Assembly: GCA_002440085.1 (NCBI GenBank)
Contig: DJRM01000046.1
Coordinates: 10,934-74,933 of the forward strand
From: Bacteroidales bacterium UBA6360
GTDB lineage: Bacteria > Bacteroidota > Bacteroidia > Bacteroidales > UBA932
Length of the DNA stretch: 64,000 bases
Reading direction: 5' to 3'
Part shown: positions 8,549 through 16,938 of the stretch, in pieces
Position numbering within the stretch: the stretch's first letter is position 1
Layout of the letters: each line of letters opens with the position of its first letter
Translations under genes and position numbers: made by a program
The notes under the pieces: generated by a model
Told to the model about the DNA's origin: nothing
The model's input: the letters and a program-made list of their open reading frames with translations, nothing else
Databases searched by the model: none

Positions 8549-9676
8549 ATGATTGACAGGATTCTTCTTTTTCCATATTATCTGACTCTCAAGACACGTC
8601 ATTTTCTCTACGACCACGGACTCCGCAAGGTTCACGGGAGCGAGGTCCCGTCAATAGGGATAGGCAACATCACGGTTGGTGGAACGGGAAAGACGCCGCA
8701 CACCGAACTGATTATCAGAATGTTGCTCCGCAGCAAGAAGTGGGACGGAAAGAATGTGGCGGTGCTGTCGAGAGGCTACAGACGCAGGCTGAAAGGGTTT
8801 CAGATTGTGGAGGCCGACGGTTCGGCGAGGGATTTCGGAGACGAGCCTCTCCAGATTAAGAAGAAGTTTCCCGGCATCACTGTGGCCGTTGACAAGGACA
8901 GGGTCGAGGGATGCAGGATTCTGGGAGACCCGAAGGCCTTTCTGGAGAGCAAGAAGTCGCGCAAATGCAGGGCAAAGGAAATCACGAGAGCAGATGTGCT
9001 GGTCTTGGACGACTGCTTCCAGTTCAGGGCATTGAGACCGAACCTGTCGATTGTGCTCGTGGACTACAACAGGCCGACGTTCAAGGACAGCCTGTTGCCG
9101 TTAGGGAGGCTCAGGGATCTGCCGGAGAGAGTGGCCGAGGCCGACGCGCTCGTGGTGTCGAAATGCCCGTGGGAGATGAATCCGTGGGAGATGGACAAGT
9201 GGGCGCTGTCGCTCGGAATCGAGAGATATAACCAGAAGGACTGTTTCGGATGGCGCTGCGACAACGGGCGCAAGCAGTATCTGTTCTTCACAAAAATCGG
9301 CTACGACGAGGCCCGGCCCGTGTTTCCCGAAGGCAACAGCCGCTACCTCTACTCCAAGATGGCGGTGATGTTCAGCGGCATTGCGGATGACACTCCGTTC
9401 TCGGAGCAGCTCCGCCTGAGCTACAGGCTTGTCGGACACCTCAAGTTCGGAGACCACCACAAGTTCACGAAATCGGACATCTCGTCCATCCGCGCCATTG
9501 CCTCCGCACACCCAACATCACTGATAATCACCACGGAGAAGGATTACCAACGCATCCGGGACTGCCGGGACGTCCCCGAGGATCTGCGCCAAAGGATGTT
9601 CTACATGCCAATCCGCGCCCAGTTTCTCTCCGATGACGAGCGCGCCGTCTTCGCGGGGCTGATTAACGGGTTATGA
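8549..9676 (+). CDS. lpxK: Tetraacyldisaccharide 4'-kinase
   Basis: GNITVGGTGKTP, LSRGY, GDEP, LLPLGRLR and TTEKD. Confidence 0.95.
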   Translation: MIDRILLFPYYLTLKTRHFLYDHGLRKVHGSEVPSIGIGNITVGGTGKTPHTELIIRMLLRSKKWDGKNVAVLSRGYRRRLKGFQIVEADGSARDFGDEPLQIKKKFPGITVAVDKDRVEGCRILGDPKAFLESKKSRKCRAKEITRADVLVLDDCFQFRALRPNLSIVLVDYNRPTFKDSLLPLGRLRDLPERVAEADALVVSKCPWEMNPWEMDKWALSLGIERYNQKDCFGWRCDNGRKQYLFFTKIGYDEARPVFPEGNSRYLYSKMAVMFSGIADDTPFSEQLRLSYRLVGHLKFGDHHKFTKSDISSIRAIASAHPTSLIITTEKDYQRIRDCRDVPEDLRQRMFYMPIRAQFLSDDERAVFAGLINGL

Positions 9677-9746
9677 TGCTCCCATAGAACATTTGGGGAT
9701 TTTGCACACAAATGCCCGAAAACATTTGGGGATTTCGACATAAAGT

Positions 9747-10358
9747 TCAGTCCAGCCATTTTTTAAAAATGGCCGCAGAAAAGAGACTGACGGCAGCGTT
9801 CACCAGAACCGACGCGCCAAGAAGTATGAGCAAGGTCCAGAAAACGGCTCCCCTTATCGCGTTCTGCAACTGAGCCTCCGTATAACTCAGGATATTATGA
9901 AGCGTGAACGCCTGACCGGACCTGTCAAATTCATCGAGATGGGATTCCGTACTCTCGGCGAAGAGTTCCAACGCCGTCAAAAAATAGTTCGTGGAAACAT
10001 AGGCGGCAATGATGCCACCGCCGCAGTTTCTTGCGATTGTGCCTCGCAGCCCCCTGCCCTGCTCGGCAATTTCGCGGAGCTCCTCCTTGTCGAGAACTTC
10101 ACTCCCTATGCCCGGATACATGGATTCAAACCTGTTCTCAAGATGTTCAATCCCACCCCTCAACGAGTTCGAGGCCGCCTTAGGGATAAAGACGATTCCG
10201 GTGGAAATGAGCATGATCACAGCTGTTATGAGGCTGACTGCGATTATAAGCATCATGCGGGTTTGACGCTCTTCAATCCTGTTTATAAAAAAGTGGACCG
10301 TCAGAAAGCAGAGGCCGGCGGATAATACGGACACGAGTACGGACAGAAAAATTATCAT
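9747..10358 (-). CDS. Hypothetical membrane protein
   Basis: 203-aa ORF with two N-terminal and one C-terminal hydrophobic segment; closely packed with the upstream ORF. Confidence 0.65.
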   Translation of the reverse strand: MIIFLSVLVSVLSAGLCFLTVHFFINRIEERQTRMMLIIAVSLITAVIMLISTGIVFIPKAASNSLRGGIEHLENRFESMYPGIGSEVLDKEELREIAEQGRGLRGTIARNCGGGIIAAYVSTNYFLTALELFAESTESHLDEFDRSGQAFTLHNILSYTEAQLQNAIRGAVFWTLLILLGASVLVNAAVSLFSAAIFKKWLD

Positions 10359-10360
10359 GC

Positions 10361-10792
10361 CTAAAGTTCATAAATCTTCACGACAGTCTGCTGCTTATGG
10401 CAGGATCTCCTCATACGGGCCGCAAGAGGCTCGCGGAACTGCTTCAGCAGACGAGGATATTCGCCGCCACGTCCGAGATCTCTCAAAACAAGGATGGCAA
10501 GAAGCCTTCCGCATGGAGCCTGAAGATAGTCCTTGAAACTGGAAGGCACAAGCCTCGGTGTGTTGCGGCGCATAAGAATGGAATATTTCCGTTTCTTTTC
10601 CTTCCATGACCGGAAAATCCTGAGCGAACGGTTGCAGCAGAAAAGGCCGGGGATTACACAAAGGGCGCATATCCACCAGCTAAAACAAACGAATGACACC
10701 GACACAAGGCCAATCCCCCCTATAAAGAGGAGAATGGCGTATGTGTTCAGAAAGAGAAACCTTGGAACCGTAGATATTCCGGGTTCAGCCAT
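10361..10792 (-). CDS. Hypothetical membrane protein (Cys-rich, two TM segments, basic C-terminus)
   Basis: Likely start is the ATG at 10792 (MAEPGIST...), 16 bp after the upstream stop. The longer 213-aa version overlaps the previous gene. Confidence 0.6.
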   Translation of the reverse strand: MAEPGISTVPRFLFLNTYAILLFIGGIGLVSVSFVCFSWWICALCVIPGLFCCNRSLRIFRSWKEKKRKYSILMRRNTPRLVPSSFKDYLQAPCGRLLAILVLRDLGRGGEYPRLLKQFREPLAARMRRSCHKQQTVVKIYEL

Positions 10793-10808
10793 TTCCGCCA
10801 AAATACTA

Positions 10809-11246
10809 CTACTGCGCGGCGGATATCGCCTTATAGAACGCGTCCACAATCTTCTGTGCCTCAGACTCATCGGAGGTAGAAAGAAGAACTGAGGTACGCT
10901 GGGTGAAAGCATCATAATAGAGACTATAGGCCTGGCAGAAACAGCCGAGGAAAGTGCCTTCCTTTGTATATCCGACCTCCTTGACGCTGCTCGGCAGCAC
11001 ATATTTCACATTCTTGCCCGCATTCAGCACCCAAAGTGCCGTAAACTGGATGACCTCAATGACACGCTTGTTAGTGATGACGACATAGCCTTTACGCTTG
11101 TTTCCAAGGATAAGGTTGATGAATTTCACCACCTGCCCCACTAACTTTGCAATAGGATTTGCGCTGGTTGCCCAAAGTTCAGCTTCGAGTTCAGCCACGA
11201 GAGTTTCGCCCTCCGTGAGGATGACGCCGGATTTTAATTTTTCCAT
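10809..11246 (-). CDS. Hypothetical protein, possible bacterial PH-like domain
   Basis: LTEGETLV...GYVVITNKRVIE resembles the bacterial PH-domain pattern (inference). Confidence 0.7.
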   Translation of the reverse strand: MEKLKSGVILTEGETLVAELEAELWATSANPIAKLVGQVVKFINLILGNKRKGYVVITNKRVIEVIQFTALWVLNAGKNVKYVLPSSVKEVGYTKEGTFLGCFCQAYSLYYDAFTQRTSVLLSTSDESEAQKIVDAFYKAISAAQ

Positions 11247-11448
11247 AATGTTGCAGTCTTTGCCCCCCCCTATTGGTTAATTTCATTATGAGTGCCTCAG
11301 GAAGGATGGGGGACTCTTACCTTCCGGACACCGCCGTATAACAGAAAACGGTCGTGATAGGGTTCAACATATCATATCTTCCGAAAAAGATGGTCAAGTC
11401 TTCGGATGGCGAATTTACATAAATACTATGAAATATCAAAAATATTTT

Positions 11449-12534
11449 TTATTCCTGCGCCTTTATGCTCGCTTCATGGATAGCGTTGAAGACGGTCTTG
11501 ATGAACTCCTCGTCGAGGCCGCGCTCTTGGCCTTTGGCGCACACGTCGGCGAGGACGGCTTCCCAACGGCCGGTCTGGAGGATGGCGATGTTGTTCTCGC
11601 GCTTGCTCTGACCTATCCTGCGGCTGATTTCCATGCGCTGGGCAAGGGTGTGGATGAGGTTCTCATCGATTACGTCAATCTTCGCGCGAAGCTGGCTGAT
11701 GGTCTCCTTATAGGCGGAGTCCGAGGTGTCGGCATCGCGCACTACCAGCTGATTTTCAAGCATGTCAGCAAGCGCTGCCGGGGTGAGCTGCTGCTTTGCG
11801 TCGCTCAGTGCCACCGACGGGTCGCAGTGACTCTCGACCATAAGTCCCTCAAGCCCGAGATCCATCGCACGTTGGGAGATTTCCGTGATGTATTCACGGC
11901 TGCCGGCAAGGTGGCTCGGGTCACAGAAGAACGGAAGCTGCGGGCAGAGGCTGCGAAGTTCCACAACGTACTGCCAGAGAGGGTCGTTGCGGTACTTGAT
12001 TTTCTCGGAAGTCGAAAATCCCCTGTGTATCACCCCGATTTTTCGGATTCCGGCACGGTTCAGCCGCTCAAGGGCTCCAATCCAGAGGTCAAGGTCGGGG
12101 TTCACCGGATTCTTCACGAGCACGGGAATGTCCGTGTCAGCGAGAGCCTCGGCTATTTCCTGGACAAGGAACGGGTTGGCGGTCGTCCGCGCACCGATCC
12201 ACACGAGATCCACGCCATATTTCAGACAGTCAAACACATGCTTCTCGCTTGCAACCTCCGTTGCTATCTTCAGACCCAGTTCGCGCTTTGCTCTCTGCAT
12301 CCACTTCAGGCCCTGCGCACCGACGCCCTCGAAACTTCCGGGATGCGTACGAGGCTTCCATATACCCGCACGATAGACATTTATCCCTATTTTCTTCAAC
12401 TGCGCGGCGGTCGTCATCACCTGTTCTTCCGTCTCCGCGCTGCAGGGACCGGCAATCACGCACGGGCGCGGCGGGAGATGGAACATTCCCCATTCGTTCA
12501 GCGGGGTTATTTCGAGCTTAGGAGATTTTGCCAT
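11449..12534 (-). CDS. Bifunctional DAHP synthase / chorismate mutase
   Basis: IAGPCSAE, WKPRT, IGART and DPSH, plus a C-terminal chorismate mutase segment (LRAKIDVIDENLIHTLAQRM). Confidence 0.93.
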   Translation of the reverse strand: MAKSPKLEITPLNEWGMFHLPPRPCVIAGPCSAETEEQVMTTAAQLKKIGINVYRAGIWKPRTHPGSFEGVGAQGLKWMQRAKRELGLKIATEVASEKHVFDCLKYGVDLVWIGARTTANPFLVQEIAEALADTDIPVLVKNPVNPDLDLWIGALERLNRAGIRKIGVIHRGFSTSEKIKYRNDPLWQYVVELRSLCPQLPFFCDPSHLAGSREYITEISQRAMDLGLEGLMVESHCDPSVALSDAKQQLTPAALADMLENQLVVRDADTSDSAYKETISQLRAKIDVIDENLIHTLAQRMEISRRIGQSKRENNIAILQTGRWEAVLADVCAKGQERGLDEEFIKTVFNAIHEASIKAQE

Positions 12535-12539
12535 ATAAT

Positions 12540-13445
12540 TTATCTTAATATTCTCTTAATTCTGTTCGCCTCGCCTATCAGTTCGCGTATTTTCCCCTCG
12601 TCTGAGGAAGATATGGCGTCGCGGAATTCATTCATTTTCTCAATATACGTGTCCATGACCTTCAGGACGTTGTCGCGGTTCTGCGAAAGGATCGGAACCC
12701 ACATGTCCGCGTTGCTCTTCGCGAGACGCACCGTCGAGGAAAAACCTCCCGACGCGAGGTCGAATATATGCTTTTCATCCTTCTCCTTGTCGAGAACCGT
12801 GAGGGCAAGAGCGAATGAAGTAACATGTGATATATGAGACACATACGCTGTATGAACATCGTGCGCCGAGGCATCCATGGAAGTAAGGCGCATGTTCAGG
12901 CAGTCGTACAGTTTCTCTATCGTCCCGACGGCATCCCTGTCCGAATCGTCCCCGTTGCAGAGGATGCATGCCCGTCCGTCAAAAAGTCCCGGCTGAGCGG
13001 CCCATGGACCGGAATACTCCGTTCCGGCCATCGGATGAGTGGCGACGTAGCGCCTGCGCATAGGGTGATTTTTCACGGCATCCACGAGACCGGACTTCGT
13101 GGAGCAGACATCAATGACGATTTTCTTGCGTTGCCCGTCAGGGGATTTCACAACGAAGCCGCTGCCATCTGCGGCATTTTTCGTTTCTATTTCAGCAAAA
13201 CGGTCAAGAACCTCCGGGAGCATTTTCACTGCCGCACCTACCGGAACCGACAGGATGACGATGTCGCTTCTGTCAATGCACTGTTCCAAATCCACAATCT
13301 CGTCGACAAGTCCTATCTTCAGCGCGGCCGAGGCATTCACAGGCTCTGCCTCAACGCCGAGAATCTCCGACGCGAAGCCGCGGCGCCTCAGGTCAATCGC
13401 CATCGAACCTCCGATGAGTCCAAGTCCAACTATTCCTATTGTCAT
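12540..13445 (-). CDS. tyrA: Prephenate dehydrogenase
   Basis: GLGLIGGS Rossmann motif, HPMAGTE and HD...AYVSHISH. Confidence 0.92.
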   Translation of the reverse strand: MTIGIVGLGLIGGSMAIDLRRRGFASEILGVEAEPVNASAALKIGLVDEIVDLEQCIDRSDIVILSVPVGAAVKMLPEVLDRFAEIETKNAADGSGFVVKSPDGQRKKIVIDVCSTKSGLVDAVKNHPMRRRYVATHPMAGTEYSGPWAAQPGLFDGRACILCNGDDSDRDAVGTIEKLYDCLNMRLTSMDASAHDVHTAYVSHISHVTSFALALTVLDKEKDEKHIFDLASGGFSSTVRLAKSNADMWVPILSQNRDNVLKVMDTYIEKMNEFRDAISSSDEGKIRELIGEANRIKRILR

Positions 13446-13514
13446 ATAGTCTTACACCTTTTTTACAAGCGCCCTCATCCGCCCATCCCGCAGCAAAACG
13501 AGAGGCAGCATCGC

Positions 13515-14774
13515 TTACAATATACCTTTGATGAGCCGCAAAGCCTCGGAGAGCCTTTCCGCATTGGCACAGAGCGAGATGCGGATGTAGTCGCGCCCGT
13601 TGCGGCCGAAGATGCAGCCGGGGGTCACGAAAACACCGGTCCTGTAGAGAAGGTAGTCGGACACGAGTTCACCATGCGTCTTTGAGACGCCGTCCTCATG
13701 AGCGCTGAGCTTCAGGCCGCAGGCTGCGGCAGTTTTCGCAGTTTCCTCAGCCTTGCCGAGCAGCGGACTGGCTTCAGGCACGCGGCCCCAGACAAAGAGT
13801 CCGGTGCCGTCGGCAGGGTACTCGGCGCCGAGAACATCCATGATTTCACAGGCAATCTTCCTGCGCTCGCGGTAGCCGGCGTTCAGCTGCTCGAACCATT
13901 CAGGGCCCTGCGAGAGAGCGGCAACGGCAGCCATCTGCATAGGCTTGAACATCCCCGAGTCCATCTGGGACTTTACCTTGAGCACGGCCGAAATAAGTTC
14001 CTGTGCCCCAGCGACCATCCCTATTCTCCAGCCCGACATATTGTGAGCCTTGCTGAGGGAATTAAGCTCGATACAGCATTCCTTTGCACGCGGGACTTCA
14101 AGTATGGAGAGCGGCCTGTCCGTGAGCACAAAACTATATGGGTTATCGTTGACTATGAGGATGTCATGTTCGAGACCGAATTTCACAATCTTCCTATAAA
14201 GTTCCTCCGAGGCGGCCTTTCCGGTCGGCATCGACGGGTAGTTCACCCACATCATCTTCACGCCGCCGAGGTCCATACGTTCCAACGCCTCAAAGTCCGG
14301 GCACCAGTTGTTTTCCGGAAGCAGGTCGTAGGTGAGAATTTCAGCCTCGACGAGTTCGAGAGCCGAGGTGTAGGTCGGATAGCCCGGATCCGGAACAAGA
14401 ACCTTGTCTCCCCTGTCGATGAACGCGAGGGCAAGAAGCAGGATGCCTTCCTTTGAGCCTGCCAAAGGCTGGATTTCCGTAGCGGGGTCAAGTTCCACGT
14501 TGTAGTAGCGGCGGTACCAGGAAGCAAATGCCCCGCGAAGTTCCGGGAGCCCCTTATAGTTCTGGTAGACATGAGAATCTGTCTTGTGGGCATAATCACA
14601 GAGAGCCTCAATTGCAGCGGCAGGAGGCATCCTGTCGGGAGCGCCTATGCCGAGGCTGATTATCGGGTTCTGCCCGTTTTTCGCGCGCCACTGGTTCAAT
14701 GCCGCGAGTTCCTTATTTTTCCGCGAAAAGTAATACTCTTTCACGACTTCTGTTCTTTTTGCCGGTCTTATCAT
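13515..14774 (-). CDS. PLP-dependent aminotransferase class I/II
   Basis: GSKEG, PDPGYPTY and NSLSKAHNMSGWRIG (PLP lysine). Probable start MIRPAKRT at 14774; the longer ORF runs through a repeat element. Confidence 0.9.
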   Translation of the reverse strand: MIRPAKRTEVVKEYYFSRKNKELAALNQWRAKNGQNPIISLGIGAPDRMPPAAAIEALCDYAHKTDSHVYQNYKGLPELRGAFASWYRRYYNVELDPATEIQPLAGSKEGILLLALAFIDRGDKVLVPDPGYPTYTSALELVEAEILTYDLLPENNWCPDFEALERMDLGGVKMMWVNYPSMPTGKAASEELYRKIVKFGLEHDILIVNDNPYSFVLTDRPLSILEVPRAKECCIELNSLSKAHNMSGWRIGMVAGAQELISAVLKVKSQMDSGMFKPMQMAAVAALSQGPEWFEQLNAGYRERRKIACEIMDVLGAEYPADGTGLFVWGRVPEASPLLGKAEETAKTAAACGLKLSAHEDGVSKTHGELVSDYLLYRTGVFVTPGCIFGRNGRDYIRISLCANAERLSEALRLIKGIL

Positions 14775-14787
14775 GATGATTTTGGTT

Positions 14788-14930
14788 TCTTTTTGGTCTA
14801 TATTCGATTTCATCGCCCTTTTCTGCGTTCGGCATAGCTCAAGCAAGCTTGGCTCTGCTCTCACTTATCGAAAAGACTCCTTTTTTCATCAGTCGTGTAC
14901 GCCCAGTACACTCCTTCTTCAAAAAGAAAT
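14788..14930. repeat. REP/MITE-like composite element upstream of the aminotransferase
   Basis: The reverse complement CTTTTCGATAAGTGAGAGCAGAGCCAAGCTTGCTTGAGCTATGCCGAACGCAGAAAAGG aligns with 3097-3156. An adjacent hairpin reads GTGTAC-GCCCA-GTACAC. Confidence 0.65.
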
Positions 14931-15138
14931 CTATCCTCAAAAATAAATCCAAAATCTCTCAGAATCTATCTTTGAGGTTCTTCAATAATCACAAAAATAA
15001 GAACAATTGGGGATAATGCAAAGGAATATGAATTATCTTTGCGGCACGGTTTGGGGATTATGTGAAATATGTAGGGGATTCCGGTTTGACCGCATACAGA
15101 ATAGATTCCGGTTTCGACATATACCATAATAATATAGA

Positions 15139-16074
15139 ATGATTATGCCGCTTTGGCTTTCGCTCGCTTTTTGTTCGGCGTTTCTGCTCGGACTCTACGA
15201 TGTCTCCAAAAAGGAGGCGCTCAGGGACAATGCCGTGATTCCGGTGCTGTTCCTCAACACGCTGTTCTCGACGGTCATTTTCTTGCCGTTCCTCATCGAC
15301 TGCATCGGAGGTTTCGGATGGTTCGGCGCAGGGATTTTCGACATCACTGCGGCACACGAGGCTCTCGAAAATCCGGTGCAGGCGCATCTTTTCATTCTCG
15401 GGAAGGCTGTTTTGGTGCTGTCGTCGTGGATTTTCGGCTATTTCGGACTGAAGCACCTTCCTATTACGATTGTCGGGCCGATAAACGCCACACGGCCGGT
15501 GCTCGTGCTGCTCGGAGCGATGATTTTCTTCGGAGAGAGACTGAACCTGTGTCAGTGGGCCGGTGTGCTGATTGCAATCGTGTCGGTGTTCCTGCTGGGT
15601 CGCTCAAGCAAGAAAGAGTCGATCGACTTCGCGCACGACCGCTGGGTGTTCTGCCTCTGCGTCTCAGTTCTGCTCGGCGCTGCAAGCGGCCTCTACGACA
15701 AGTTCATCATGCGACGGTTCGAGCCGATTTTCGTGCAGACATGGTACAATCTCTACCAGTGCATCATAATGGGTATGCTAATGATGGTGATGTGGTACCC
15801 GAAGCGCCGTTCGACGACCCCGTTCCGCTGGAGCTGGGCCATTCCTGCAATCTCGGTGCTAATCTCGGCCGCCGACTTTGTCTATTACACCGCGCTCGCT
15901 CAACCGGATTCGATGATTGCAATAATCTCTCTCGTCCGCCGCGGCGCCGTCATCGTCTCTTTCCTCTGCGGATGGCTCGTCTTCAAGGAGAAGAACCTCA
16001 AGGCCAAGGCATTGGATTTAAGTCTGATAATTCTCGGAATGATATTTATTTACATAGGTTCAAAGGGTGCATAA
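15139..16074 (+). CDS. EamA/DMT family transporter
   Basis: About 10 hydrophobic segments with an internal repeat (FFGERLN / VFKEKN); TATCTTTG motif upstream. Confidence 0.88.
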   Translation: MIMPLWLSLAFCSAFLLGLYDVSKKEALRDNAVIPVLFLNTLFSTVIFLPFLIDCIGGFGWFGAGIFDITAAHEALENPVQAHLFILGKAVLVLSSWIFGYFGLKHLPITIVGPINATRPVLVLLGAMIFFGERLNLCQWAGVLIAIVSVFLLGRSSKKESIDFAHDRWVFCLCVSVLLGAASGLYDKFIMRRFEPIFVQTWYNLYQCIIMGMLMMVMWYPKRRSTTPFRWSWAIPAISVLISAADFVYYTALAQPDSMIAIISLVRRGAVIVSFLCGWLVFKEKNLKAKALDLSLIILGMIFIYIGSKGA

Positions 16075-16876
16075 TACAATTCAAGACCGAACGGACTCGT
16101 GAGGAGAGTTCCGGGAGGGTGCAGTCGTTGAGGATTATCGCGTCAATCTCGCTGCGATGGGCTTCAAGCGGGGACTGAAGGAGGAGGCGTGACAGAACCT
16201 GTTCCCGTGTGCAGCGGTCACGGGCCATCACGCGCTCAATCCGCACTTCTTCGGGAGCGTCGACCCAGAGGCATTTGTCCCAGACTTTCGGAAAGTCCGG
16301 CTTGTCAAGGGCCGTGGCGGATTCAAAGACGACAACATCGGCTGACAGCGGAGCCTTTGTCGGTTTGACCGGCACGTGTGCCGTCAGTCCAGGAATGCCT
16401 ACGGAGCCGCCTTTCACGGACTCCGCCTCGGCAGGCAAAGCCTTATCAGGCACAGATGCCATATCCGAAGACTTCCGCCACCGCTCGAAATCAGCGAAAA
16501 GCGCCGGAAAGACAATGTTCTCAACTGTCTTGAGCTTGCCGGAATCGCTGAAAATCACCGCCGCCAACGCCTTGTTGTCAAATTGGCCGTCCGCCCTGCG
16601 GAACTCCTGTCCGAGAGCGGATTCAACCTCCGGCAGCAGAAACGGCTTCTGCGATCCGCCCGAGCCAAGACGCTCAGGCCGGGATTCCGCCCCGAAAGCC
16701 GTCGCCGTCCGCTCCGGCGGAACTTGGTAGAAATCTTTCACCGCCGAATCCGCATCATAGCAAGGCACGCCCATCCCTTCAAGAATCCGCCTCACGGCCG
16801 ACTTCCCGCTCCCGATTCCTCCGGAAAGAAGAATCACCGTCGATTTTTTTTCATCGTTCATCGTTTTCATATCCAT
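16046..16876 (-). CDS. coaE: Dephospho-CoA kinase (with two loop insertions)
   Basis: SGGIGSGKS P-loop, YDAD and VDAPEEVRIERVMARD. Confidence 0.9.
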   Translation of the reverse strand: MDMKTMNDEKKSTVILLSGGIGSGKSAVRRILEGMGVPCYDADSAVKDFYQVPPERTATAFGAESRPERLGSGGSQKPFLLPEVESALGQEFRRADGQFDNKALAAVIFSDSGKLKTVENIVFPALFADFERWRKSSDMASVPDKALPAEAESVKGGSVGIPGLTAHVPVKPTKAPLSADVVVFESATALDKPDFPKVWDKCLWVDAPEEVRIERVMARDRCTREQVLSRLLLQSPLEAHRSEIDAIILNDCTLPELSSRVRSVLNCIMHPLNLCK

Positions 16877-16938
16877 GGTTCATGTTCCACAAACATCCGA
16901 ATCCAAGCTTAGCAAGTCCCCGCATTTTCTCCTCCGCC

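Noticed and set aside
11428..12837. Long antisense ORFs (also 6402-7376, 28043-29350, 32484-33686, 38058-39011 and 52594-53940)
   Set aside because: They lie opposite well-supported genes and have no recognisable motifs, as expected from GC-rich codon bias.
14775..14864. N-terminal extension of the aminotransferase given in the ORF track
   Set aside because: It runs through a repeat element; MIRPAKRT at 14774 is the more plausible start.
16046..16074. 29-bp convergent overlap of the EamA gene and coaE
   Set aside because: Short 3' overlaps are common, and there is no evidence of special function.
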